Shown: positions 26,684 through 40,530, counted from the first letter of the stretch. The stretch: 64,000 nt of DNA from Epiperipatus broadwayi (GCA_028023455.1 JAQFVV010000005.1:17236001-17300000), one strand, 5' to 3'. Notes: generated by a model not told the origin, from the letters alone. Numbers and translations: made by a program.

Positions 26684-27149
26684 ATTCATCATGCTGGTTA
26701 ATGTGTGTTGGTGAGTAGCCCATCCATGTTCATATACTATATAAAGAATCACATAGTAATAACAGCTGCAACGACAAGAACATATGGAGTGGATATTAGG
26801 ATTTTGCCCTGCTCGGTTCCTTTAAGGTCTCCAAGAAAAATCAAAAGGATCTCCTTTCAGTTAATAGTAAACTCTTTTCTGCAAACTGATTACTCTTATG
26901 TAATTTAGAATTATGAAAACAATTTAAAAATATTATATTTGTAATTTTATAGGGTGTAACATAATCAGTGTGTTCCACTAAAAAGGTGATTCATTTTCTT
27001 TTCAAGCTGGCCTGCTGCACAATTTCTTAATCAACATGAATTACGTAGTAACATACTTTACCTAATTTCCATAAACATTTTAAGACAGTAGCATATTTGA
27101 ATTATGAATTATAACATGACATGTTACATTATTCCTACCTTTATGGATT

Positions 27150-27420
27150 GTTCTTGATGTTTTTGCTGCTATCATGAAATATTAAAAACCACTTGAAAAC
27201 CTTGAGATTCATGGCTTTACTGCCATATAGTTTGAATTACTTTATGCATTTTAGCATCAGTTTTGCTAAATTTGGAATAAAATTTAATATTAGCATATTG
27301 TTCCATAGTAAAGTACAAAACAGTCACATTTTATGTTGTAATTTGTGATCCAGAAATTATAGCACATACAAGTTTTTGTTGCGAATAGCTGGATTATGTC
27401 ACTGAAAGTAGTTTGAAGAG
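27150..27420 (+). repeat. Dispersed repeat, also at about 8950-9060 and 53050-53290
   Basis: Shared aaaacagtcacattttatgt...aatt.(a/g)tga...ctatgt(c/g)ac and tcatg..tt.actgccatata blocks; family unknown. Confidence 0.5.
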
Positions 27421-29004
27421 TTATCTTCTTACAGGGAAACAATGTGAAATGAAAGGGAGGAGTTCAGTGCGAATGTAAATCTATTTAAAATTAGACAAAG
27501 GTATATGAAATAATATATTTTGATCTAATGATTTCTTTTCTGTAAAAATCATAATACTCATCTTTCTTTTGTTTCACTAAAGAGGAAAGAAAATATAAAT
27601 TTTAAATTATTAAGTTTAGTAAAGTGATTTGCAAATTGTTTAAGATTAAAAAATCGACTTAGCTAACAAAATTTCAAACTAAGAGATATATTTTTTAAAA
27701 AATACTCACAGGTAAATAGAATTGAGCTAATTAGTTTTATTACTAGATAAAAGTTTAAAGGAAAAGTTCAGATCAATTTTTTTTTTACAAATAGAAAAAT
27801 TAAAAGATATTTCAAAACTTTTATATTGTTCACTTACAAGTATATAAAATTAAATAATGTTGATATGGATAAGGAAGAAAAGAAACTCACATAAATCAAA
27901 GTGTTTTAAATTACAAAGGGCAAAATTATTCCGGTTAGTAAAGTAAAGGCTATGATAAAAGTTTTTTTTTTTCTCAAGATGGAAAATCAAATTTATTAAA
28001 TTAAGAATTAAATAAAAAATCAAATTTAATGCATAATTCTTAGGATATAACAATTCAAAGTTATTTTAGTACATCCTATGTATTGAAAATATTGGACAGA
28101 TGTTATTAAAAACAGTGAGTAAATCTTATATTTTATTGAAATGACAATATAACATTGAACAGTAAAGAATTTTAATGTTTGTATATTACAAATTCTGAAA
28201 ATTTATTTGATCCATAATTCCATAGAACAGTGTTGGAGCATAAGTGCTACACTCCAGAAAATATATTAGTCTGTACATGAGCTTGGACAGCCCTATAGTA
28301 CAGCAAAATTTAAATTAAATGATGGCCATAGATTAGCATCAAATCTGTAGATCAATTAATAATGTTGTATTAATAGTAACTATGTGAAGAAAACTTACAT
28401 TCAGTATAATCATTATTCCAATTTGAAGGTGTTCAATGGAGCCATATTTAGTAAAGAGCAGTAGGAATTTGAAACAAATTACTCCATGACGATGCATCAA
28501 CATAGGTACAAGTATAAATAATTTGAATCCATTTCATTAAGTAGAAAATTTCATTGTAATTATTGTTGGCTAATCTTGAGGTGTTGATTGTCTGGGTATA
28601 AGAGGTTATGAATCGAAAAATTATAGTAAATTCAAACAATGCTGATTTTTGTTTCATATAACCAATTTTGTCTCACACTATAATTTAAACATATCAATTT
28701 ATCTATAGAAAATTAGAAAGTATATAAGATAAAAATTATAATAAAATAATCCATTATACAATTAAGTTAATAGTGATAGTATAAAATAACTTTAATTCAT
28801 GTTATCAATCTTAGAATCATCTAGGACCTAAAATATTACATCCACAGTAATATTAGTTATAATCTTATATCAGTTGTACTAACATACAACACACATTAAT
28901 ATATTTTATTAATTAAGATGAAGGCTTAATTTAATTTATAATTATAACTCTTCATTTTAATTACTGAAGTATATAGTTTAATTTACTACTATAACAAGGA
29001 CCTG

Positions 29005-29140
29005 CATGTTTTAGAGTAGTGGTAGAATGCCAGACTCCGGAGTATAAGGTCTTTGAAATAATTCCAGTGCTGGCATTTTAGTGATTGAACTTCTTATAAC
29101 TTCCTAAGTTATAAGGCCATTCAATTATTACTATTATTGT
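29005..29140 (+). mobile_element. Degenerate tRNA-derived SINE-like repeat
   Basis: A-box-like TAGAGTAGTGGTAGAATG, and 3' cttat(g)aac...attcaattatta shared with the copies at 40390 and 62590. Confidence 0.4.
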
Positions 29141-32100
29141 AACATTTAATCATTTGAATTTATGTGGTAATTAATTACATTAATTGCATATACAATGAGC
29201 TACACTAATTTAATGCTTACATTATTTATGAATCTCAGTTTATTTTGTTTAAGTCTAAAAGCAAAAAGATCAACTCAGATTTAGTGCAGGTAATTAAAAT
29301 TAGTCATATATTGCTTTTATGCAAAAAAAAAAATATATAAAGGAAGGTAAATGTAAATCAATAATTTAAGAAGGGGATAGAATGTATGATAATAAAAGAG
29401 TGAATAATGGCTCTGAATTATAAATTTGAGCATGCAATTCAACTATAATTTGAGCTTTGGATCATAAAAATAAATCAAGGGATGAGACTGAACTTTATTC
29501 TTGGAGTTCTAGGTTCCTCTTCAAATCTGGTAGTGTAAACTGAATGATGATGATGATGGATTGTTTTATGTGGACTAAAAATAAGAATATTTAAATCCTA
29601 TACCATACACACAGTATTGTCCACTAACTCCTAGTCATGTTTGAGATTTTATCTGTGAAGACATAATTTCAGTCTGATCATTACAATATATATGCCCCAC
29701 ACTAGCATATATATGTCATGAATGTTCATTTGATATGTAAATCAGATAAAAAGATTATTTTGACATATTAAAAAATATTCACTTGCCTATCATGATTTGG
29801 AATTTGAATCTGAATAAAACTTGGAATACTAGCTAACCATTCAATTAGAAGTCAGCAAATGGGTATTCAGGATTCTTAGCTAGAGAATAAGACAAAGAAC
29901 AATTACTGCAAACTATCACCACTTGATATTTAACTAGTTTGATGAGTGCTGTCTTGCTTTTTATTATATCTCTATAGAAAAATGCTGGAAAAAGCTTCCC
30001 CCTAAATTGTTTTTTCCAGACTTCCCCCCTTCTTTTTATGTATATAGTTTATACTTTATACTATTATCTTGAAGCAACAGTTTCTATAAATAAAAGATTA
30101 GCCCTTTAGCCACAGCATTTGCCAATATGTACAACAAATAAGTGACTGTTCTTTATTGCTATCAATGTTGTTACATACAGGATTATTGTAATTTGAAGGG
30201 ATTTGAACTCAGACATTCAAGCTCCCTACAGTTATCCACTCCATCTTATACTATCAGTATACAAATCAGAGTTCAAATCCCTTCTAATTACATTAAGTTC
30301 AGTATAGACAATATACTTATATTTAAATATAGGATTATTGTGAATAACTTTAGCTAGAAGAGCAAGCTTGCTGTATCTAACAGTCAATTGCAATGACCGC
30401 TAGTTGCAAGTTCTGGGATGAGCCTACTGTTCTGTAGATTGATGATTCTAAGAGGGCATTCCCAATTACAAACAACTAATAACAGTTAATATTTGGAGTA
30501 TTTAATAATTGATAATTAAAGACGTTTAATTATTCACACATGTATAATTATATATATATATAATAAGGCCGGGAGGCATACATAAATTGTAGTATAAATT
30601 AATATGGCTTGTATTGCCCCTAGATTGCTTTGATACCTTGGGAGGCAAGTTCTCACAGTATAAGTTCTCTGTGTATGTGGTGACATCCAGCACAGATGAT
30701 TCGAAGTCCATCTGCACTGAGTGAGCTCCAAACAGCAAGTGTTTGTTTTATTTTCTCTTTGGGACTCTATAATTCAAGTTGACTTATACTGCTAATTGGT
30801 TCATCTTCAAATCCAGCTGATAAAGTAATTATTTTACCTTTGCTATCTGCATTCTGGATTGGAGAATTTAATCTTTTCTTTTACACAAGTGAAAAATCAT
30901 TTTTAAGTCTCTGCCATAGTTATCAATGAATGAATCATTCATTTGACTATTAATCTTTTTAACTACAATTAATTTAAAATAATTGCTTTCACATCTAAAT
31001 AGCCTTTTACTTTCTAATCACCTGGATACTTTATTTTGTACATTTAAATTTTTAATAACAAATCTTTAATATAATAATAATAATAATCAGAAAATAATAA
31101 ATTCTTTACAACAGCTATAAATTATCAATAAATTTTTTTTATACATTAAAAGCCTTTTTCAGCACCTGATTTGGCGTCCTTTTCAAATGTTAATAATCTA
31201 TTTAACGTAATCAAACTATTTCAGATATAAAATAATCTAGTGTTCAATAATGAAATTAAAACACACAATAACAATATAAATTATTAAAATAAATCAAAAC
31301 CCTCATATATAAACCCAGTAATTACAAAATAATAGACTATATCATAACAATACAATAAATAAATTACATGCAATGTAATTTATTGTATTTATTTAGTTGT
31401 TATAAAGAATTTATTATTTTCTAATTATTATTTTATGGAAGAGCAACATAAAGATTTTTATTCTTTTCCAATTTATATATTTTTACATTTTGTTTTTGTA
31501 TATGTACTTGAACATACACATATATAACAAAGTTTAAAATTGATCAAAATATATATTGCAAGTTAATTTAAATTGCTGATATTTCAATTTGCAAAAGTGA
31601 GCAATTTCTTCTCATTTTTAAAACTTTGCAACCAAAAATTCAAACAATAAATATACAAAGATAAATTATTATAGTGCTAAATATATGTAATGCTTGAGAC
31701 TATTCCCTTGAGATGATAATCCTCTATATAACAGTATACAAAATAATAAAGAACAGTTAATCTTTTATTGCAAATTTTGTTGAATGCCGTGGCAAAAGAG
31801 CAGATAAGTTGTCAAGAGTGCTGTAATCATTTATATTTACATATGTATTTATTTACAATTTAAATGGGATTTTTCCATATATTTTTTTAGATAAATTTCA
31901 GTTATGAAGTAAACAAGCAAACAAACAATTAAAAACTGGCATTGCAAAATGAAATACACCATCTAGTAATAGTATTTGTCTGGAGCATTTTAAAACTAAA
32001 AATGGAATTGCTAGATTATTACCTAACTTATGGTTAAAGCTGTAATTCAAACTATGTATAGAACTCCAAATACTAATTTTAAAAAAATGTTTTTATTTTT

Positions 32101-32170
32101 CACCTACCCTCCCACTCCATACTAAAAAGTTATTTCTATAACAAAATATCATTTTTTAAAGATAACGTAC

Positions 32171-32511
32171 TTTAATTAATTGACCTTCTCGGAATGGCAA
32201 TTCTTCTTCAGCACCATCTTGGTTGGGAGACATTGAAATTGGATCATAGTCGAACAATGCTACAAAGATTCGTACTCGGTTATCAACTGCTCCTGTATCT
32301 GCCCTTCCAGGAATTGATTGTCCTTCAGACTGATAACCTCGTCGTGAGTAGTTACTTCTGTGGTCACTATGATATCTATGAGTTTTGGGTCCATCACTTT
32401 GTCGGGAATCTTCTTTTACCATGGTTACTGTTCCGCTATGTTGTTTGAAAAAATCTTCGTCTGAATAACCAGCAGAGAAGCTCCCCTCACTAGTGGTATC
32501 TTTGGTAATTT
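32171..32511 (-). CDS. Rbp: RIM-binding protein exon: (E)ITKDTTSEGS... and N-terminal part of SH3 #2 (RIFVALFDYDPISMSPNQDGAEEELPFREGQLIK)
   Basis: ttttgcag|AA acceptor, AAA|gtacgt donor, 341 nt, phase 1 to 0. ALFDYDPxSMSPNxDxxEEELPFxEGQ is the RIM-BP-type SH3 signature. Confidence 0.93.
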
Positions 32512-34772
32512 CTGCAAAATCAGAGAGTAAAAAAAAACGTATGACATTACTTACAAAATTTGTAAGATTTTAATATTCAAATTATAATTTTTATCTAGTT
32601 ATAAGATTAAAAAGTAATTCTAAAAAATATAATCCTTTAGAAGAAAAAAACTGTCAAGAAATTAAAACTTATAAAATGTTTTAATTAAGTTAGAGCTATT
32701 ATTAAAAAAACTGAATTAAAGGCAGCAATCTATATCAGTTTACTGTAGCGACATCTAGTAAGCATAAATAATTAATTAATAGAGTGTAGTGCAACAGTGA
32801 ATGTTAGTGTTAAATGTAAGTTAGGAGTCATGTGATATTATGTTTGGGTATAGTAAAAAACTTTGAAAATATATATCAATGACATCTCCTAAAAGACAAA
32901 AAAGATTATGTTCACAATGTATATATAAATAGATCTCTTGATTTTCATTCTATAATTAAAAATTAACTATTGATCTATTAGATGATGTTTGCTTTATTGC
33001 AATAAATAAAGACGTTTTTAAAAAAAACGGAAATATGTAAATATTATTTCAGAAAAAAATTGTTTCAAAAATTTTTTAAATTAATTTTATTTGGAGGAGG
33101 GGGGAGTAGTATGATTGACTTTATAACTCGTAAATCAGATAAAATAAAAATTACAATACAAAATATATCATTTGACTAGTTGGCGAAAAAGAATAGTGCA
33201 TCTATGAATTATCAAAAAAGAATGTTTTAAATTTGGCTTTTATTTTAAAAAAGAAGTAAGGCTTTACTGCAATATTATTTAGATCAGGTGATTCACCATT
33301 GTATATATATAAATGTGTATGTGAATGTATTAACAAAAGTGTTAATTGAAAAAATTGGTATTCCAAAAGGCAGTCAACTTTCTATCAGAAAATATAACAA
33401 CTACTCTACAAAAAAAGTTTAAAACCATTTGAAATATAAAAACAAACTATAAGATTTTCATTTATTTTTCTTTACTATTACAATTTTTATTAATTTAACT
33501 ATTACATTTTTGAATTAATTAGTTCAGACAGCCCAAATTAAGATGTTTCACTACTAACTAGCTTTTCATCAGATATTTACATATTCTAAGTTTTCAATGT
33601 CTAAAATATTTGTTTAGAGATATTTTAATGAAGTACCATTAATCACGCATGCTCATACATATATAATAAATGAAGAGTGGTTTAGTGCTCCCTATAATAC
33701 AGATTTATACTGTAATATCATTAATCACCAAGAAACATAAAATAAAAAGACTGATCTCTTATATTAGTGTTTTGGTTTCCAACTAATTTCATCAGGTAAG
33801 TGAAGATCTAAATACCCGAAAAACATGTCATGTAGGGATCAGAGCTAATTATACAAACAGATTCATGTGACATGAATTATTTTTGAAGTGTAAATATACT
33901 TTAACAGTTTTCCAATTATATTCAAACTCATCATAAAATACAATAATCAATTCCATATGACACAAAATTAAATATACAGTAATTTAAAAAAAAAAAAAAA
34001 TTGAAACATTTTTTTTTTTTAAATAGCACTTTTTCTGAAATAATATTTATATTTCTTTCTTTCTCAAATTTTTAAAATTTTTCATAATAAATCATATATC
34101 TGCTGATAGATAAATAATTAATTTTTAATTGTAGAATGAAAATGAACAATGTTTTTCTACACATATGAGGATGTATTCACATTTTAAAAATAATATATAA
34201 TGTTTGAATTTATTTATACAATAACTTCTGATCCTTATTCTGATATGACTGACAGATATTTAGATCTGCACAAGACTTGCTGAGGCTACATTGTAACTGA
34301 AATATATGTAGTATAAGATAGCAGCCTATTTAGTTTTTGTTAATGTTGATTAAAAACAGTGTAAACCTGGATTATAAAATTTACTTCTCATTTATTATAA
34401 ATATTCTCAATGCAGTAATAATAGTATTGTAAATAAAGTATCACTGTAAAATTGGCTATTATAAATTTAAAAACTGTCAAAATTTTATTGGCTTTAATTT
34501 AGTATATTCATCGCTGTCATTGTTTGTATGGCATTGAATATAATCAATATCATGTTTAATAGTCTCTCATACTAATGTTTATGAGAAAATATATAATTTT
34601 ATAAAGCATTTTTGAATAGCTTTGCACGCAGGTATTATTACCAATGCTTGTATAAAATACATAGTTGCAAAGAAATCAAGTCATATATCATATGACCTAA
34701 TTTAATAAGCTTGTATTACAAATGTTATCTAATGATCTGGTATTTTAAATCAAATGCTCGAATATCCTAGCA

Positions 34773-34811
34773 ATGCACTGAAGAAAGCCAGAAGCAGAAA
34801 CTGGTCTGGGA
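34773..34811 (+). ncRNA. Degenerate hammerhead motif, family 2
   Basis: ATGCA-CTGAAGA-AAGCCAGAAGCA-GAAA-C(TG)GTC-TGGGA; core intact, stems I and II weakened. Confidence 0.5.
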
Positions 34812-35150
34812 TTGGGGATATTCTTAAAAGCTTGTTAAGAGCTATTGGCAGGCTCATTAGATAACATTTGTAATACAAGCTTGTTAAATTAGGTCATGTG
34901 ATATATGCCTTGATTTCTTTGCAATTATATTTTTTGCTATTAAGGCTTTGGTGATTTTATATTGCTAAAGCTATTAATATATGGTGTATCTGAACTTAGT
35001 TCAGTCCCATGTGACTATTTAAGTTAGATAGTTGGATTTGAAGACATGTGGATATCTGAAAATTTCAAATTTTTTACTTAATAGTTAACCAATACATAAA
35101 ATGCTGGGCTTGACCTGATATTTTAAATCTAATTCTTGAATATTCTGGGA

Positions 35151-35188
35151 CCTCAATGAGGAAGCCATAAGCAGAAACTGGTCTGGGG
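35151..35188 (+). ncRNA. Degenerate hammerhead motif, family 2 (C3 replaced by A)
   Basis: CCTCA-ATGAGGA-AGCCATAAGCA-GAAA-C(TG)GTC-TGGGG. Confidence 0.4.
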
Positions 35189-35515
35189 TTGGGGATATTC
35201 TGAAAAGCTTATTAAGACCTATTGGCAAGTCATTAGATAACATTTGTAATGCAAATTTGTTAAATTAGGTCATATGGTAAATGACTTGATTTATATTATT
35301 TGCCATTAAGGCTTTGGCGATTTTGTATTGCTAAAGCTATTAATATATGGTGTATCTGAACTTAGTTCATTCCCATATGACTATTAAGTTAGATAGCTGG
35401 ATTTGAAGACATATGGATATCTGAAAATTTTAGATTTTCTACTTAATAGTTAACCATTAGATAAAATGCTGGGCTTGACTTGGTATTTTAAATCTAATGC
35501 TTGAATATCCTAGCA

Positions 35516-35553
35516 CCTCACTGAGAAAGCCAGAAGCAGAAAATGGTCTGGGG
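35516..35553 (+). ncRNA. Degenerate hammerhead motif, family 2 (N7 deleted)
   Basis: CCTCA-CTGAGA-AAGCCAGAAGCA-GAAA-A(TG)GTC-TGGGG. Confidence 0.4.
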
Positions 35554-38444
35554 TTGGGGATATTCTGAAAAGCTTGTTAAGAGATATTGGCAAGCTCATT
35601 AGATAAAATATATAGTGTATTGTTTGTCAATATTCTTGTTAAGAAAGATATCAAACAGTATACACAGATAGAACTGCTCACACACATAAAATAATTAATT
35701 TCATACAGAAATAGAGAATATAATTATGAATTTAACATTACCACACTAAAATATTTTCAGGTAAATCAATTATATTTAGATTACATTTTTTTATTTATGT
35801 GCAGAATAAACAGTTTTTACATTTTGTACCCATGTGTCGAAGCTTATGTGTTTAGATTTTTATTTAGTAAAGATTTATTTTAAATAAATGTTTGTAATAT
35901 TATTTTAAAACCTGGAAATAAAAGTGAAATGACTGAAATTATTATCATTTCTTCATTTTTAAATGGTGTCTCTAAAGTTTTATGGTGCATTGATTCAAAA
36001 AAACTTTAATTCTTAACATTTGCCTGGCAACAGCCATGACCTCTTCTAATATTTCATGGTCAAACCGTGCTGGAGAATATTCTGTAATCCAGATATCATG
36101 TCATAACTGGTATAAAAACTGAAGTTTGAAAAATCCAGACAGTCTTCACAAATTTTTATTGCATTCATCTGAACAGCTAGGCAATTGCCTTTGCTAGGCA
36201 AATGTTAACATTGTAGAAGAAAGATGAATAACAAATAAATCAGAAATCATCCTTAATTAATTCATTAATTCTTTATTTTAAGAAATCTCATTTATTAGTC
36301 AAATATTAGTAGAAAAATGACAAAATTGACTTATGGAATACTGCCTTATTACTTCAACAATAAATCGCTGAATTTCTTTTTTTATTCAAGAAAATGTGAA
36401 TATTAGGTCTGAATAATGTAAATTTATCTCATTTTTAATTATGAAAGGAAAAACTTTAAACAATAATTTTTCTACTCAAATTTGCCTCCATAAACTTATC
36501 ACTCAGAGAAACAAACTTTGATTTGAAAAGTAATGACAATCACTTTGTTATGAATGATGATCAAAATTCCTAGCATCATGAAATAAAAATCTATAAATAG
36601 ATTAATTATATATCTCAAAGTAAAGAAATAATGAATGCTAATTCTTTGGATAAAATTATAACATCTGTTCAAATAAATTAAATTGCTGTAACACCAGTGC
36701 TTAAAGAAATGCTTTATGGATTATCAATGCTAAATATTCAAATATCATTCAATGGATTATGAAGCTAAGTATTTAAATGCCACTCCTGAATATTGAATAT
36801 GATACTCATCCGAGTGATAAGCAATTTTAAAACGGATTGTGTTGAATGTAACTTATCAAATCAACAAGTATGATAAATGGGATTTATGCTGTGTCCAGAA
36901 AGGATTATATTACAAAAAAAAAAAATTGAGCAATAAACTGATGGATTGTTTAATGCACTTTCTCATAATTGCCTCTTTCTTAATTAGTTAATATTATAGT
37001 TGTTATTAAGTCATCAAGTTTTCTCAGACATTCACTATGTTCATGTACAGTTAATATTTTTACTTAATATTATTATTGCTGAGATTGAATGAGATTAAAT
37101 GTGATTTACTTTAGGTTTAGGTTAGATAAATGTAAGTAACTATTAAATGTATATAAAACTTTGCTATATTGCAATTATTATATGTTTTATGGGTTAAGTT
37201 TCAATCTCACAGTTACATGGAGTTTATCATCCTTATTTAAATGAGTAGATCTATAAGGAATATTTTATGCATCACTCTTATATGTCAGTATTAATTTTTC
37301 ACTGTTAAATAGTATGTAACAAGGAATCCTAATGATCTAATTATATTTTGTTAAAGGAGTAGCATTCTTAATGTTTAAGACTGCAAATGAATCAGTAACA
37401 GATCTTAAAATAAAATAAATAGGCCCAATATGGTAAATATTATGTAGGTATGCTAAGTAATGATTGTACTTGCTACAGTGAAAAACTTCTCCAGCATTAT
37501 TAAATGAGGTTGATTAATAGTTGATTAGTTAGTGAAACAAATTAATTAAGAACTACATAGAGCATTTATCATAGATCATTATGGTGATTATTATTATCCT
37601 CCAGTATTTGAATTGAGGATTTTTAAAAAAAAATAAATAAACAATCTATTCATATTTAATGTTACTGTCTCCACAACACTGTCTGATAACACACTTTTCA
37701 TATCCCAAGTTCAAATTAGATTTAGGAAACAAATAGTAATATTTATTAGATATTTTATATAATATTTTTATTGTTATTATTCACTTTTATTATTTATTTT
37801 ATACTGTGTAATAAAGTAATTGTTAATTTTTAATATTTTTCTTTTGCTGTTATTAAAGAAACATTATCATTGCATATTCATGATATAAAAGGTCATATTT
37901 AAGATATTAGCTTACACATAAAATCTATCTGGATGAAATTCATCATTATTGTATTGATGCTATTTGATATATAAAAGTATCGGATAAGATGATATACATA
38001 AAATCTCTTTTACATTGCCTTATCCTAAAATGCACAAACACACTTTTTATTGATACATTTATTTTCTTACTTTATAAAACCCTGAGATAAATCATTAATC
38101 AATTTTATATTTAAAATTGCTAGCATTAGTTTTAAAATACTGACTGAGTTACTCTTAAGTAGTTCTCATAGTAAGAAACAATATATTTGCAATGATTTTT
38201 ATTAATAAAATAGAATAAGACAAGAGTACACATATTACTGAATAACTCTGAGAAATTTATTCATTATTTCATTAAATGTGAATATATTATTAAAGTATAG
38301 AATAGTTTTAGCTTAAGTGGAAATAAATAAAAACTTGTATGCATAATGAATTGAAGGTTATATTAGTGATAGACACACTTTTTCCACATTATTGCCACCA
38401 AGATTACAATTGCTTTTTCTTTTTTATGGTTTCAATATATATAT

Positions 38445-38990
38445 ATTAGTAAAAATCAGTCATATATCACATGACCGATATAGCTTGTATTACCAATATG
38501 TAATATATAAAGAGCCTGCTAATAGCTCTAAACAAGCTTATTTATTTTATTTTTTATGATAAATGCTACAAGAGAAAATACCTGAAACCTTTATCTTTGA
38601 TGGTCCCCATCCCTAGACCAGTTTCAAGCTAATAGCTTTCATCAGTGAGGAACTAGAACATTAGATTCAAAATACTAACTCAAGCCAAGCATTTATCTAA
38701 ATCTTAAATATTAAGAAAAAGATCCAAATCTTCAGACATCTACATATCTTCAAACTCAGCTCTTAATTCAGTGATCCCATATATTAGTAGGCTTAGCAAT
38801 TTAATATAGCCAAAGCCCTAATAGCAAAATTATAATATTAGTAAAAAATCAGTCATATCTCACATGACCTATATAGCTTGTATTACCAATATGTAATATA
38901 TAAAGAGCCTGCTAATAGCTCTAAACAAGCTTATTTTTTTTTTTTTTTTATGATAAATGCTATAAGAGAAAATACCTGAAGCCTTATATA
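38445..38990 (-). repeat. Family 2 array, about 393-bp period (1.4 units), opposite orientation
   Basis: cagtcatat.tcacatgacc recurs at 38457 and 38850; its reverse complement matches the 34739-35118 unit in several blocks. Confidence 0.8.
38611..38650 (-). ncRNA. Minimal type I hammerhead motif, family 2 (best core)
   Basis: Reverse complement: CCTCA-CTGATGA-AAGCT(ATT)AGCTT-GAAA-C(TG)GTC-TAGGG. Intact core, 5-bp stem II with A10.1-U11.1, GUC triplet, one stem I mismatch. Confidence 0.7.
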
Positions 38991-40389
38991 TATATAATTT
39001 AATAATAAATATAGTAGCTTGTAAATGGAATTTTACTATATTAACATAATGATATATTCATTGCTATAGATATACAACCATAAAAGTGAAGAAGTCACAC
39101 ATATATAACACTTATACACACTTTATACAATAAAAATATTTTATTACATCACATTTTCAAAATATAGATGACAGGTTTTTTTTCAAAGCTTCTTACAATA
39201 TATCAAAAAAATTAATTGCAAAAATATTAACTCTGTCAACTAAATTAAAATCTGAAGAACACATTTTTGTTCTTCATCAACTGCAGGAACAATGATACTT
39301 ATGTGTGTTCAATGACAGAATGTGAGTCAAAGGTTGAATGGAACTGTTGAATTTTAATTCCCATTAAAGTGCTAGATTCCATTTTTTGAGCAGTGGATTT
39401 CACGAGATATTTTATGAATTCAATCACATTATTTTTCATTCGTTTTTTTTTTTTTTTTGATAACCAATATCTGCTTTTTTTAAATACAATTATTTATATA
39501 TTATTTTAAATTTGTTTTAATAAACTATATTCTTAATATTTACACACAGAATTTAAATTTTTATCACAAAAAAGAATATCATCAAAAAAGAATAAATCAA
39601 AAATTATATTTATCTATATATGTATACACAGATATGCAAACACAAAAATATAAATTATAGAAAGCATTTAAAATTATTTTTAACTTTTACACTGGGCAGC
39701 CATATAGAAATTGTAATGGGAAACAAATTAGTCATCCCTGTACTAGAATAACATATGACAAATTATCCATATGATTATATAAGTAATATTTACTGAGGCT
39801 GTAACCTCGAGACAGCCTTGAGAATATGCGTGTAAAATGCGATAGTAAGGACTTCTACAGGTGTTTAACCACAGTAATTGTCAAACATTTGATTTGTCAA
39901 ATGATTTATAATTTTCAATAATTAAAAGTTATAAATATTGCAGAAAATGTTTATATTGCAAATGCTGCTGACTTAGATGGGGGAAAAAAATCACTGTGAA
40001 AGTTTTCAGAGTGATTATTAAACATCCACAGATTAATTCACAAACTAGAACTGCTTTGATTACATACAAAAATTTTGTTTATTCATATTATTTTCAATTT
40101 TGCTAAGACTATTTATTACATAGTTATAAATAGTTGTTTTGCCAATGAGTGTCATTCATTGCAAGAGATCGTGAATATTTTTTTTTCAAATGTAGTTTTT
40201 AAAAAAGGCATTAATGTTTGAAAATATGGTATTATAAAGATTAGTTTCAATTCATTTTATTATTTCAGATGTGCAATACTTTTTAATGAGATATATAGCC
40301 TCTCTAAATTTATTCTGTTATTACTTTCAGATTATTTGGCCTTTAGAGCATTAAGAGTTTTCAAATGGTATCACTACTTGGCAATGGTC

Positions 40390-40530
40390 AACAGTGTGGC
40401 ATGGTATAGTGACAGAATGGCAGATTCTGGAATTCAAGTTCATGAATGGCTGCCCAGCTTTGTCACTGCCAGTGTTTGAATTTCTTATGAACTCTCAAGT
40501 ATTAAACTATTCAATTATTATTATTTACTG
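40390..40530 (+). mobile_element. Degenerate tRNA-derived SINE-like repeat
   Basis: tggtatagtgacagaatggcaga...cttatgaactctcaagtattaaactattcaattatta. Confidence 0.4.

Larger units (their letters stand above)
34661..35606 (+). repeat. Family 2 tandem array (about 377 and 365-bp units plus partial) with a 75-bp inverted copy at the 5' end
   Basis: GAAA core recurs at 34797, 35174, 35539; 34661-34735 is the reverse complement of 34854-34928. Confidence 0.85.

Noticed and set aside
26620-26700. Ribozyme-like words (atgatga...gagaaac) at the RTE 5' end
   Set aside because: CUGA core absent and stems not formable by eye.
29005-29080. tRNA gene
   Set aside because: A-box-like start but no B-box or T-arm and no acceptor stem; treated as a SINE remnant.
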